In this document: piece by piece, positions 40,113 through 55,220 of the stretch
How the letters are laid out: each line of letters opens with the position of its first letter
Position numbering within the stretch: position 1 is the stretch's first letter
DNA from: the human T2T-CHM13v2.0 reference genome, Homo sapiens
Reading direction: 5' to 3' (one strand)
Assembly: GCF_009914755.1 (NCBI RefSeq)
Contig: NC_060929.1
DNA length: 64,000 bases
The notes under the pieces: model-generated
Database searches by the model: none
The model's input: the letters and a program-made list of their open reading frames with translations, nothing else
What the model was told of the DNA's origin: nothing
Translations under genes and position numbers: made by a program

Positions 40113-43100
40113 TAGAGTATGTATAAAAATGAATATATACATGTCTAAGATTGCAAGTGTACATGGATAAGGAGAATTTTCAAAGTCACTTTCAACTGTG
40201 TATGTGCCCTATTTTTAAACATAATCATTTTAACATACACTGTAATTCATGATTCAGTTACAAAATGCTTCAAAGCCTCTCAACAATTTCTAGCATACAG
40301 CTTGACCTTTAAGATTTTCATACATCTTGCCATAAGAAAAAATGTTTCTATGTAATGAGCTTGATCTTCTGCTGTACTGGCTATGAGTGTGCCTAGCAAG
40401 GACTGACAAGGAGGCATTCCTCTGCCTTTCCCCACTCTTCCAAGCACTAGCCTGCCCCACCCAGTTGACTCCTGTCCTCCACTGCTCACCCTCCTGAGAC
40501 TACAAGGTGAAACAGCACGTGTAAGTGCTCAAATGAGTATGACAGAGAGGCTGGGATACAACAGCAAGCAAAGACCATTGTCCTAGAATACTTTCGTCTA
40601 TCCTGTGTTCCTGAGAAAACAAGTCTATAGTTGCCAGCATGGAAAATTGTGTCTCTCGGTTTCAAGCTAGGGAACTCTAGGAAAAATTGAAGTGGAATAA
40701 ATTATCATTTCACATATCTATTTTTCGGTTTTCCCATTTGTTAAGTGATAAGACTGGAAATCATACGTCACTTCATCTCCTAATGAGACCAGCCCCTAAG
40801 GTAAGGCCCAAGTCAGATGTTCATCCCAGATCCCGCTCGGCAAGTTCAGCGTTATCCAGGTGCTAAATTACTCTCCTGAGATGCAGGTGCTGAACTACTC
40901 CCAGAGTCACAGGTTCCTGGAGCAAAATATTCTTAGCCATATTCATACCCTCTGTTCTCCCTCTCAATGGGGACAAAGGGAGGTCAGGATAGGTCCCTGG
41001 AGGGCAAGAGTGGGAAAAAGACGTGTGCAGCCTTTCTTTGGCAGACAAATATTCATTTTACGACTTGGAAGCCTCCGGCTCCCTCTCTTGAATCAAGGAC
41101 TGCTGCAGCTCAGGCTGCTGCAGGATGTATTTGTCTTTCCCTGCACATTATTATTTTATTGTTATTACTCTCATTCCTTCCTAACTGTGAGCCAATGAAC
41201 AGAATTATTTTTATTTACTCTGATTTTTTGGATGCTTAAATATATTACTTCAATATAGTTTATAATCCCTATAATAGCACATAATGGTTATACTTTAGAC
41301 ATTTAAAAGCAATTGGGCACATTCAATATGCTCATGACATATAACTTTATAATGCCCTATCTCTTTGCACATTAAATGTTTTATGTTAATAAATTCTAGC
41401 CTATTTTGTATGTTTCATATTTGTGTGTATAAACTCATAAAAATAATAATAACCAGTATGAATTTTTCTGGCAAACTTATAGTGTGAAAATGTAATCAAA
41501 AATAGTTGATACCAGAGGTAAAGCTCAATAATTGAGGAAATCAAGTAGAACATAAAGATGTCTTAAAATTCAATGAGATTCTGACCAGATCCAAAAATAA
41601 CATCTTGGCGATCTATTTAAATAAAACTCTTCCTGGTGTCAAGCAAGCAAAACACTCTGCTTTATGGCCAAGGGTGGTCTGTGTGCTGATGAATCATCCT
41701 CTGTCTGACCCAGACTCCTGACAAAGAACGATTTTCATTGTAAACTAATTTTTATAATGTCCTACTTTCAATGTCATCTGTGTCACTAACACAACCTTCG
41801 TCCAAAATGCTGGCTCTGCCTTGCAAAAGCTCTGCAGCCTCTCTTTGACAAGTCTAAAGAGGAGGATTAATAACCAGATATAATGGAGCATGATGACATG
41901 ACATCATCCTCAAAGGTGACCCAGGGCCAGACCAGAGCCCGCACCCCTGGAGCACATTATTGTTGACTGTTGCAGCTGTGCCTATTGTCCTGTCAGACAT
42001 GTGCAGGGTGATGGAAGGAATGCATGCTGGTGGCCAGGAGAAGGGGCTAATCATCTTTGGAAGTTTTTATGAGTATGTTAGACTTCTCTTTATTTTTCCA
42101 GAAGAAATGCATAATTCACTGTACACATGTAAGTAGAGTGTGAAACTTAGGGAGAAGGCACTTAAATAAACCAGCCTGCAGGGTTTCAGGAATTTAATAA
42201 ACATAATTCCAGTAGCTTTAGGTTTAATCTCTTGTGACTGGACAACTTAAACCTTTATTTTTGTGCTGGAAGAGGTTTAGCACCTTTCCTCTCTGGTCCC
42301 TTATTATTTATAGTCATCCCATGACTATGTTCCTTTTCTCAAAAGCTAGGCTGACTCATAAGAAAAGAAACTATTTTCTATCAAGTCCCTCTGTAGGTAA
42401 TAGCCAACTTTGGTCTAATGCAGTCCCTATAGTTCTGACCCAGAATTATTTTTCCTCTCCTGGGACAGCTCTACTGGATTTCTTTCTTGTTTTCACTTCT
42501 GTGTAAGATATATAGCACCATGTTCAAGGAACTACTATTCAATATTATATCAATCATCTATTATAAAAGAGTGGTTAAAACAGTAGTAACTTTCAGCAGG
42601 TCTTCAAAAATGTTTGTTCTGTTAGATAACAGGAATTCAATTTTTAATGATTTGATGTGACTTAACTGGACTTTTTAAACTTCTATGGCTAAAATCTCCA
42701 TGGATAACATACAAACCAGAGTTAAACCATTATCAAACTTTAATAACAAGTCTCCAATGTATTATCAAATGATTTTAATGGAATCCTAAAGATTCATTTT
42801 TACTGTTTCTTTTTCTATTGAAAAGGGAGGCTAGCTTACACTACGTCTGGAGTATTCAGGATCAAAGAATAAATGTAAGATAAGGAAAAGCTGCTAAAGT
42901 CAGAAAATCATTTCTAGACTCCATATTTCTGTCTTTTTTTTAAGCTTTCAATTTTTTGCTTTGGATACCAAAAATCATTTAATTAAAATATCGTATTTTA
43001 CCTTTTGAAATCATATTACAAAGGAAGACATAATTTTACAACTATTATTTCCCTCAGAACAACTGAAATGTTAGAAATAAATTATGTGTATAAATACAGA

Positions 43101-44059
43101 GAATAAATTCTTACATTTAAAAAATAATGTCTATTTTCAAACATTTAAATGATTTAACATTTAAATAATTTTAATAGAAGCAGGAAATCTTTTCTATTTT
43201 TATATATTTTCAGTTTGGCAAAATATATACACATTTTTAAAATATTAAAATTGTAGGTGATTTCTTTAAAGCACGTTATCACAGATGTACATATTTAGAA
43301 TCTTTTATAAAGCATAAAAGATGTTTAAAAGCAGTAAAATATGAATCATTAATAAAAACAATAGCATATAAATACCCAAATAAAGTAAATACAGTAAATG
43401 CATTCAAAATATTGATTTGAAAATTGAATTTGTGGGACAGAATACTACAGCAGAGCAATACCCGGCTTAATTAAAAATCCCAGCTTAGTCCTAATTCCAT
43501 CTGGCTCACAGTGCAACCTGGGACAAGTCACTTAATTTCTCTAGACTCAGTTTTTAATTTTTACAGGATTGATTTTTAAATTCTGTATTGTCTTTTGTTC
43601 AACTGCATTTTTTGATACTATGCATTAATTTCCATCATTTTAATGGCTACCCTTGAATCAGGGCCAATACTTAACTGTTAGGCATGAGAATAGCACTCCT
43701 GGTTGTTCGTGGTACCCACCCACTCTGATTGGTCAGTGACCCTTTATAATTAGCTCTTGCCCAGACCATATTAGTTGTTAAACATTTTTGTCTATCTCTC
43801 CGTTAAATATTTATCACATTTTTATCCTATATCCGTCTTTAAAAATAGACCTAACCTCTTTGCAAACAATACCAGGAACTTGCAAAAGTTTGAATGCAGT
43901 AATCTCCATCCATATTTCACATTACTATCTATCACTTAGGTCTCTAATTTGTTTAACCTCCTATCCTTCAAATATAGGTTTGCCTCTGACACAATTGTCC
44001 ATATATTTTGTATGTTTGTATTATGTAAATATAAACACATATACTTATTGTTTTGATCA

Positions 44060-44790
44060 TCACTACTTTTATTATTCCCATTCCTTTTCTATGTTTGATT
44101 TTCTTCTTACTAAAATGTATTATTTTAAAATTCTTTTAAAAAGTGTCTGTAAGTTATAAATGTACTCATTCATTCTTGTCTGAAACTGTCTTTATTTTGC
44201 CCTTACTCTTGAATGATAATCTGGCTAGCCATAGAAATTGAGGCAAAACTTAACTTCCCTAAGTTATTTAAAGACATTGGTCTACTGCCTTCTGAGAAAA
44301 ACTTGTCACCCAGCAAGTCGTCTGTATTTTCTGTCTGCATTTAAGATTTTCTCTTTGTCTTTGATGTTATACAGTTTCACCACTATGTGTCTTAGAGTGG
44401 ACTTATTTCCATTTTTCATGTTTTGGATTCACTGTGTCTAGAAATTATGGATTTGCATGTTCTTTCTTTCATGGAAAATTTTCAGAACTTATTACTTTGA
44501 ATGTTTCCTTTCTCCATTTTTTCCCCTTTGCTCTACATGAAACTCCTCTGCACATGTAGTGGACCTTCATAATCCATACTCCACATCTCTTAAATCATCT
44601 TTCATATTATTTACCTATTTACCTCTTTAGTCATCATTTTGGGTGATTCCTTCAGATCTACCATCCAGGTCACTAACTTTCTCTTCAGCTATGTCTAGAT
44701 CCATCCATATAGTTTTTATGTTGAAAAATTTAGTTTTTAACTTAGAGATATTTTATTTGACTCCTTTTTACACTAATCTGTCTTTTTTTC
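44060..44790 (-). mobile_element. Old L1ME/HAL1-like ORF1 fragment
   Basis: TGTCTGAAACTGTCTTTATTTTGCCCTTACTCTTGAATGATA, TTTAAGATTTTCTCTTTGTCTTTGATG are antisense L1 ORF1 text. Confidence 0.7.
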
Positions 44791-44988
44791 TACATCATGG
44801 GTAAGGCGGTCTAATATTGGAGGTCTGGAATGGGAAGTCCAGTGTTGCTCTATACCCAGAACTTATCTTTTAATAGCTCTGTCAGTAATAAAGCCACCAT
44901 TTTAATCTCCTATGTCACTCTTAAATTAGATCCTAGTGTGTTTGTTTCTTAAATGGAATAAATTAATATGTGAAAACATGGAAGAATG

Positions 44989-45310
44989 CAGAAATCTCAA
45001 ACTCAGATACCTGTGAGAATAATGCAAATAGCATAAACAAGTGGAAGCAGCCAGGGGAAAACTACATCAGACTGGAAAGATAATTGCCAGTGTAAAATGG
45101 GTCATTACTACTCAGTTGTAGCCAATTGTTGCTATGTGGAATGTAGGCCTACTGTTGCCATATTTTCGGTTTTTCTTTTTTTCAAGAGAATCCAAATATT
45201 TCTACTTTTCTGTGAAATCTGCCAAAATTTAAGTGTTTGAAACTGATTTATTTTTATAAAGTTTCTGATGTCCATAAAATCATGTCAAATGGCCATATTT
45301 GCAAGCACGG
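44989..45310. mobile_element. MER102/MER103-like hAT-Charlie element
   Basis: TACTCAG..GCCAATTGTTGC..CTGTTGCCA..TTTTTCAAGAGAA..TGTGAAATCT. Confidence 0.65.
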
Positions 45311-45329
45311 ATTTAAGAAACAGACAGCT

Positions 45330-45480
45330 CTTGGTTGAGGTTTTGGCTTTTGGAAGGCAATTTACTTAACATCTTTATGCATTAGTTTCTATATCTGTAA
45401 AATGGAGATCATAAACTGCTATGATAATTAAATGAGAAAAAAATAGTCAATGCACCCTAAACAGTACTTAATACATAGGG
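45330..45480 (+). mobile_element. MIR SINE
   Basis: GGCAATTTACTTAACATCT..TAGTTTCTATATCTGTAAAATGGAGAT. Confidence 0.65.
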
Positions 45481-48400
45481 ATATTTAACAGAGTTCTAGA
45501 GAATAATCTCCTTGAGGAATATGAACATTAAATTTTATCCCCAGTATCCAATCTAGAGTGGTACCTATTAGGAACCTATTAACTCAACAACTGTTTGTTA
45601 GTTAAATAAATCATTAATGTTAATTAAATAAATTTCCGTCCACGAAGTTGACCACATTCCACATAGATGCACTAGTTATATTTTCCGTAAAATTTCTAAA
45701 ATTACTGTAAAACATTAGTAGCTACATTCACTCAACTTGCTAAGCTAATCTCTGAAAAAAATTAGGAAGAATTATATATTTCGGAAAATATCTTAGATCT
45801 CAGGAGTTCTACTTACTAGTGTTCCTTCATACAAACATGTGTTAAGCAGCTAATATATACAAAGAACCCAGAATCTAGATTCTGGAAAGGGAAAGTGCAG
45901 AGAAATAGAGCTAACACTGTAGACCATTTTCCCTGGTTCAAGGGGGCTTATACTTTGGTAAGAGAGAAAATAATACACATATACTGCAAAGGAAAAAAAA
46001 GTGTATTTAGTGGGAAAATAGGGTTGTTTAAAGCACAGATTGTGTTAAATTGATACTTCAGGATTCCAAATAATGCATTGATTTTCTGAAATGTGCCTTT
46101 TTAAATCATCCTCCAAATGCATAATTGTTGGCAACATATACCAACCAAATCTCAAGGCTAAAGAACAGGCTGTCGGAGTCCTTTTAATCCTATCTTAGCT
46201 ACATATCTGAAGGTCATGGTTCTAAATTCATTTAGGTTTAAAATTCAAGAATATTTTGAGGCTCATTCACTATCTTTGTTTGACTCCATTTTCAATTTAT
46301 TTTTATTTGTGTTATAGTAAAAGCAGCACATTATAGGTTTAGTTCCAGGTTTCAGGTTTAGTAAATTTGTACAGTTCAGTGTCAAGTTCTATCATTTCTT
46401 CATGTGATGTAGGTTAATATTTGGGTGGATTCAGAAATATATGAACGTTGTAATTATCTAAGGTTCACCTTCCATGATCCAGTCTTCTCAGAACTAACCC
46501 TCTTTCTGAGAGTTTCTGGTATGTGGCTTTGCTGAATTATCTGAAATGAGTTCAGGTATTATCAGCATACCTTCTCTAAGGTCAAGACACCAAATTAATA
46601 AACTTTATAAAGTTCCTGTGAGATTTTCTTAATTTATGAAAACTAGTTTGAATAATTGCATCTCTCATTCAAAACTCTGGCCCAAAATTTATATACTTGC
46701 CAAAAATTTTATAATGTAGACTGCTAACTGAAAATAAGAAAAAATACATTTTCTGTACCCCATATCTATATTCCTTTGTGTTTAGCTTCCATCTGTTTGC
46801 CTTTTGTCTTTGTTTATGTGACGTTTTACATTTTGCCATCAATATGTTATGTTGTGCTGTGTTAACTTGTAAACTGAGACATAAAGATAATAAATTGTAC
46901 AGATTCACCAACTTTTTAGTTGACTGACTAGTAAAATATGATTTGAAAATTCAGTAAGGATGTGGTAAGTTTAATAAGACTGCATTACAGGTACCTGCTG
47001 AGGACAAACTCCTTTTCATAAAGGACTGATAATTTCTTAAAGGGCAGCGGCTAAAGAATGATGTCTTCACATCACAAGTGAGAAGTAAGTACACTCATGG
47101 GATAAAATGTCCAACTTCCAGAGAAGGCTTATTCCCAGTGTTGTTTTTCTTTCCCCTCTTTATAGAAAATGCCTCCAACTGGAAATTCTCTAAGGATTTC
47201 AGCTAGTTGAAGGGTTTTCTATATCTTTATTTTATGTAGACCATAAGAGGAGAGGATCATACATAAAGCTAGTAATATATGAAGAATGAAGCTTTTTGCA
47301 TATAATAATGAGCAGACTCACATGGTTTAAAGATATATGTGAGACAACTAGTTCCACATAAAAGTATTATTTTTATAGTATAGTAGGTAACGAACTCAGT
47401 TTATTGTGGTTGTATTAGTTGCCATGTTCACACAGACACACCTTCTTCAGTCTCTTTATCATCCTCTATTTTTTTCTGCAGACAATGACAATAGCTTTGG
47501 CTCTAAGTATGGGCCATTTTAAGGTCATATTAAAAGAGTTTAACTATACTGTAGCCAAAGGATGGTGTTATCAAAGTAGCGGCATTGCTTTCAACCAAAG
47601 AGTGACACAACTCGAATGCACAGGGCAGTGAAGGAAGGTTTCCTAGAATAGATGGCATCCAACTGTCACCCAAATTAATGTTTTCAAGCTTCAAGTACAA
47701 AATATTTTTTTCCCACCTTTTTTCTATCGTTCTCTACTTTCAGATGATTATTTTCATGCTAAATATACTGCATTTATTAAGTAAAAGTAATTTCATGTTC
47801 CTTTTATTAATAATTATATGGAGAAAGACTTTCTATGCTTCTGATCATTGCACTGCACTGACTTATTATAATTCCAGCTCTGTCATTTTAGCTATCTCAA
47901 ACCATCTTAAATATGATATATATCCACTTTTTATTTGATTTTAAATATATATGTATATGTGTGTGATATGTATTAAAAATGTGTTCATAAAACACTTTTG
48001 TAGACCCCCAAAGGATATTGATTCTAAGTTGCTTTATAACAAATTCAGATGCAGATGAGTCCTTAGCACATGTATAAGGACATATCTTTCAAGCGGGGAG
48101 AATCTGCAAAACAGAATAGCACTTATGGTATTATTTATGAATATGTACAGAAAGCATACATATACAATGTCAAAAACAACCAGAAACCTATGAGTAATCT
48201 AAAAACAATAATAAGCATTCCAAAAATTAACAATGATTTTAAAACATTTTACAACAATCAAATGTACATGTCTAGAAAGGGTTTGGTAACACAAAAATCA
48301 GCTAATATGATTGTTTACTTGTAACCACTGCTCACGAACCAGCTTGGATATTATTTTTCACCAAGGAAATAAACACTTCTCTTTGGACTAACTCCCATGC

Positions 48401-50773
48401 GGCAGAACCAGAGCAAGGCATTTATTGCTATTCGGCAGCTCTTTGAAAAAGCAATCCAAAAGAGAAACTCTATGGAAGACCCATCTTCTTCTTGTTTCTC
48501 TGATACTCTGCACTCTGAAAACGAACTAAAGTGAAAAAAGAAAATGAGAGAGACACACCGAGAAGCAAATACGAACGATGGAGAAAGCCAAACTGGTGCT
48601 TCCAAACATCAAATCAGAGAATGTTGCCCTTGTCCTGGAATTCCCCTTGAGTTACTTAAAACAAGAATCTGGTCCACTGAGATCAAAGCCGAGAACAAAG
48701 AAAGTCAGAGTGATAAACAGCCTACTAGAAAGAGATCTCAAACAAACACTGACAGTTTGTGGAGTGACTGGGATAAAAATCAGCTGTTCAGTTTAATCTC
48801 TCATTTCCTCCATCAAAATGAAGATGGAATTTGCTGTGTCCCTGACAAGTGCTGGGCACCCCCAGCCTGAGTACTTCCCTAAGGTGGAGGAAATGTAATT
48901 TTTCAGCTCATTTATACTCACACTCAAACCAGGTCTTTCTTGCTTCACTGCCCGGGGATTATTTTAAAATGAGATTCTGGGTCCACTGTCACTGCAGACC
49001 CTCTGAAACTATCAATAGATCAGAATTTTTAAACAGTATCAGCCATGGAGCAATGAGGAGCAATACTTATTGCTCCATGGTTCTGAGACTTTTCTGTACT
49101 ATGCAACACTAGACATGCATAATGTTAGTACAAAAAGTTCTTTGGATTGTCCCATTTCCTAATTATCTGGACAAAGATAAAATATAGTTAAGAACAGAGT
49201 CTCCAATACACTCACATCCCAGTGTGCAAAGAAAATGCCTTTATTTTTCTATAACTGACCCAATCTTTCTTAAAAATTCCTTGTTCTTCTAGGTAATGGA
49301 GATACGGTTAGAGGTGATTGCAATTTGGTCCAATTAATTTTAGTCCAGCCCAATGATTAAAACAACCTTTATAGGTAACTGCTTTTCTGCCTGGATAACT
49401 AAAGAAAATATTACATTTTACAAAATTCTACTCCCTACCCCTGCTCCTCTCTGAAAGGGTATCTTGGTGTATAAGGTAGCATGTTGTCTTGCACTGGTTA
49501 GACAATAAGAGGGGCTTTCCAACGTGTGTGGTTCATTCTGGATTCTTGAAGTCTCTGGCTGCAGAGAGGTTGGACTAGCTGTTCCCTGGGCTGGTGACAT
49601 TCAAAAAGCCACTGCAGCCATCTGGCTGTCCCATTATGATGTGCTGGCACCCACCCACCACTGTGGTGTCAAAATCCTCCACATATGATCACTTCTGTAC
49701 TCTGCCCCAAGATCTGATGGCTCACCAGCCATATCAGCAGCCATTTCCCCTTATTGAGGCACATAGTCTATCTCCTGTGTACATGCTATGGAGGAGGAAT
49801 AACATTGTCCCAGGCTAATAAATCTAGCCCTTTTCTGCCCCCTCAGTGTCACATTTGAAGTGGTCTGCTTTGAGGCTTCTCCTTGAGGGTAGTAACACCC
49901 CCTTTAGTATGCCAGTAAAAGCCCACTGTTAGTTCCTTTGTTCTAAAGCTTCTAATACTTGAATTTCCAAAACTGCTCCCTCCTTTGGAGCCAGACTCTG
50001 ATTAAGGTAAGGTGGAAGATGCTAAGAAGGAGAACTTTGATTTTTCATCCTTTTTTCCTCTGTGTGTCTCTCCTTTCCCTTCCCCGTAATTTCTACAGAC
50101 CATAAGGAGCAGTATTTCAGTTCTATCATGTCTTCCTTTTACTCTAGGGCAGCCAAGCTTGTGGTCTAGAATCCTAGCCAGAAAAAGATATAATTTCTAC
50201 ATTATGGAGAATTCTTCATGATATGGATTCCAAAGGCCTGATTTGATTTACTAAAGAAATTTTCAAAATTATATCTCTTCTTAAAAAGCTGGCTTTCTTG
50301 ATATGTTCTCAAATAAAAATGTAAGTGTACAATAAGTTCTGAATAAAGACCCTCTTGTTCTAGAAATTATGCACCATTCCCCTGTAGCACAAAAACTCAA
50401 AGTGTTATCTGGTGGGAAGTCTCCAAGAAACTAGAGTGATAAAATATAGCAATATACATATACACAGAAATACTGTTAAAAATATTATCCACATTATATT
50501 TTGGCCTCAGATTTTGAGAATATAAGAGTGTCAAAAGCTTTGACATCATGGCTTTATCTTCTTCACCACACCTTCCAGGCTGAAGAGAATCATGAGACCC
50601 ATGACAACTCAGACTCTTGACCCACCATGCTGCATAATGGAGAGCGGGCATCTGGAAAGTCTTTTGAAAAGCTAAGCTGTGTCTCCTAGTAATGGGCAGT
50701 GTCATCTAATTAGTGACACATAGCCATCTAAAGCACAGGAAACAATTGGACTGCCTGTAAGAATGAAGCATGG

Positions 50774-51332
<559 letters not shown>

Positions 51333-51427
51333 TTATTTGCATCTTCAAATAAATTACTATATGAGGTGGTCACATGACAGCCATCATCAACCAGATGCAG
51401 TGAGAGTCCTTAGAAAGCATCTGGGGG

Positions 51428-51782
<355 letters not shown>

Positions 51783-53109
51783 TTACAAGCGCAAATAGAC
51801 ACAAAGGTTGGTGAGGACGGAGCAAAGAGAATTTTTTTCTTTGGAATTGCAAAAGCCTCTGTTCCAATAAAGTGTAGTCACCTGCTCCTTAGGAAAGATT
51901 TACAAATCTTTGAAATTGCAGAGAAATACTGTCACTGAATCAGGGAGAGATAGAGAAGAGATGCCAAAGGAATGGCCTAGGACTCAAGGATATTCGGAAT
52001 ATCTGGTAATGGTCTCTTGTGTTTATGAGAGAAGAAAATGTAGTAGTTTTTTTATCCCTTTCCTTGGAAAGATTTTGGCATTTAATACACATTATATGAT
52101 TTTTTTTCTGTCTTTTCAAATCAGGATACTACAAGGTCATACACGTAGTCATAATTTATGTAGTCATGCTAAGTGGGCTCTGAATCTAATCCTCCCCTAG
52201 CAAATTATCAGTTGAATTTGGTTTTCTCTGTTTATCTAGGAGTTGCAGGGCCATTCGGGATGGCTGCATGCTCATAGGAAAATAGGAAATAGGAAAATGA
52301 TGCAATGAAAGCAACTTTTGCCTAGGTGGGGGAATTAAATTCCTGCACAATATCTTGAAAATTAGAATAAGCAAGTTTGATAATTATCCTTTTTGTCCCC
52401 ATGAATTGTGAACTTAATCAGAATAAGCACCTTCCTTTGAAAGGTATTTCTAAGGTCATTCATGAAGTAAAAGCCTCATGAGCAAATCTTTCCTGGAGCA
52501 TCTATGGACAGGCCAATATTAAGGGTAAAAAATTATTTCAAGAAAATCTAGATCCTCTTCCCTTCCCAAAGTGAAAATGATATTGATCCCTTGTGGACAA
52601 CTGAATCAACCAAATATTAAAGTCCTTGGAATAAAAGATTTATAAATCTATCTCAAACACCTAAATATTTTTGCCTAGGGAAAAGAATTATTATCTATAA
52701 AATTATTTAAGAATCTATGAGTTATTTTATGCATTCGTTCAACAAATACTCCTGAAAAATTACTACATGTCATACATTCTTCCAGGTTCAGGGAACACAA
52801 CACGGCAATATACAAAACATAGAACTCCATGCCCTCTTAACACTAATGGAGTTCCCTATCTCATGGTTGCTGCTGCAAAGCTTAGAGAAACATTGCCACT
52901 TTATTTTAAACAACTGTGTAAGACGTGTGGCAATACATTTTGTTAACGAATTTCACTTGTGGCTCTCTCTAATTTTCCTACGTTTTCTTTTTTTGTGAAT
53001 TTCCATTCCTTATTTTCACTTTATTTTATTATATTGTTCATAAACCACTGAAAATTCTCTTTTGGAAAAAAGTGAAAAAAAATACTAAGTAAATTCGCTC
53101 ATCCTAAGA

Positions 53110-53560
53110 TATTACTCCTGAGCTTCATTTGAATCAGTTTGTCTAGATGTGCCTTCTTTGATGGCCCACAAGCATCTCAAATTATGAAGACAAAGTCAAC
53201 CATCTTTTTTGCAAAATTCTATTAACTTATCACTTATGTTCCATAGACTGCTAAAGTCACCATCATCTAATAAATTGACCTAATACAGAAACTTATGTGT
53301 CATCAAATCCTTCCCTTCTTTATGCAAACATATACTATCAATTCAACATTCTACACTTTTATAAAATCTATTCTCTTCTGTTTAATAATCACTGGCACTG
53401 TCAGGTTTAGAGACCATAGTCCTTAGTTATGTAAATGCCTGAAATATACTTCTTACTTCCCTTCATTATTTAAAAAGATAAATCCTTAAAATGTGTACAC
53501 ACAGATTTGATCATGTCACTTCACTGTTCAATATTCCATTGAACATGCCCTGCCCTCTAT
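53110..53560 (+). mobile_element. LINE-2 fragments
   Basis: CCCACAAGCATCTCAAAT, CAGATTTGATCATGTCACTTCACTGTTCAA. Confidence 0.55.
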
Positions 53561-54229
53561 CATTGGGCCTCATATTTCTCTCCAATGAAGTGTATACATT
53601 AATATTTTGAGCTTGATGTATTATTTATACATTTTAATAACATGGTTATGCTTTTATTATTAATATCTTAACTAAAATATAATTGTAAATGTATTAGAGA
53701 ACTGAGAGATTCAGAAAAATGATGATAAAAGAAGAATTTTTTAAAAGTTGACAATACATGAGACATGGTAACTTCCTTAAAAAAATATGTAACTAAATTA
53801 GATCAAGTTCCACTGGTGATAGTCAAGTCTAATAAATCACCTTTAAACCAACCAGCTTTTACTTTCATATCAAAGCTAAAAATAGATTATAAGAATCAAT
53901 ATGTCGGGAGAAAAAGAAAAAATAAAACTGAAGAAAACGGAATAGTAGATATGTAAGATTATAGTCAATGGAGAACTTAAAAGACATTATTTTTTGAAAA
54001 AGAGGGGAAAATCCATCAAGGAAACAATTTAGGAGTGAAAGAAATCAACATTATCTCATGTTCTTTTTCATTTTTCTTTTACACCTTCAATAGTAATTTT
54101 GATTCCTCAGAATTGTTCAACTTAATACATTTGGCATGCACTCAATTTTCTATTATTATCCCATCAATTCACACATGTAAAGTTTATCAGGAAAAATATT
54201 ACTTAATGTAATTTTGTGTTTTGGCCAAC

Positions 54230-54577
54230 CTAAGTCATATTTAAGAATAATATAGGACAAGTTGGGCTCTAAATCCAATGACTGGTGTCTTTAAAAAGAC
54301 AGAGAGAGATTTGGACAAAAAGAAACAGAAGCACAGGATAGCACTATGTGACAACAGAAACAGTGACTGCAGTGATGCCTCTACAAGCCAAGAAATGTCA
54401 AGGATTGCCGGCTACCACCAGAAGTGAGGAGAGAGGCATGAAACAGCTTCGTTCCTAGAGACTTCAGGGGGAACATGGCCCCGCCGACAGTTTGGTTTAG
54501 CTTCCAGAATCGAGAGAATAACTTTAAGCTACCCAGTTTGTAGTACTTTGTTACAGCAGACATAGGAAATGAATATA
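54230..54577 (+). mobile_element. MLT1B/C LTR (5'-truncated)
   Basis: CTAAATCCAATGACTGGTGTC..ACAAGCCAAGAAATGTCAAGGATTGCC..CACCAGAAG..AGTACTTTGTTACAGCAG..GGAAATGAATATA. Confidence 0.85.
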
Positions 54578-55044
54578 GTAATAAAATTCTTGTTTATATT
54601 AACTTATTCTGAGGGTAAAAGAGGTTGTAATGACTTTGGTTACAAAAATCAGACAGATATTCTTTAGAAAAATGTGTGTATCATTTTATGTACAGGTGGA
54701 TCACCAACACCCTCAAATTTATCCTCTTTTCTGCCCTAAAATGGTAAAAATAAATCAATTCAGAAGATGATTTGTAATACTTATGTAATTAAAAAGAAGA
54801 AATGGATGGAGTAATCCAAGTATACCAGATCCCCTTAACTTTATCCCAGTCCCACCACTACACCTGAGAAAATGGGCAAAGCCCATAAGGGTTATAGGGT
54901 TATAAACTGGGTGGGACTCAATCCCATGTCTGAGCCATTATTAACATTGTCAGAGGCTCTTTACCACTCCTTATGAAAATGGGCCAAACTTCAGTCTGGT
55001 GTACTTACCTTGGAAATATTTCAAAATAAATAATTCTCAATAGA

Positions 55045-55220
55045 CTAATTTTTTAAAGAAAAGGAGGACCTTGGAAAACATCTGCTTCATTCCTCTCATT
55101 TTAAAGACAGGAAACCTGAGATCAAAAGAGCTCAAGTGGCTTTCCTTGGTTATAATTATCATTAGTGATAGAATCATAGCTGGAACCAGCTCTCCTAACT
55201 TTCCTGAGCCTTCTTGCCCT
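55045..55220 (-). mobile_element. MIR SINE fragment
   Basis: CCTCTCATTTTAAAGACAGGAAACCTGAG..AAGTGGCTTTCC..GGAACCAGCTCTCCTAACT. Confidence 0.6.
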
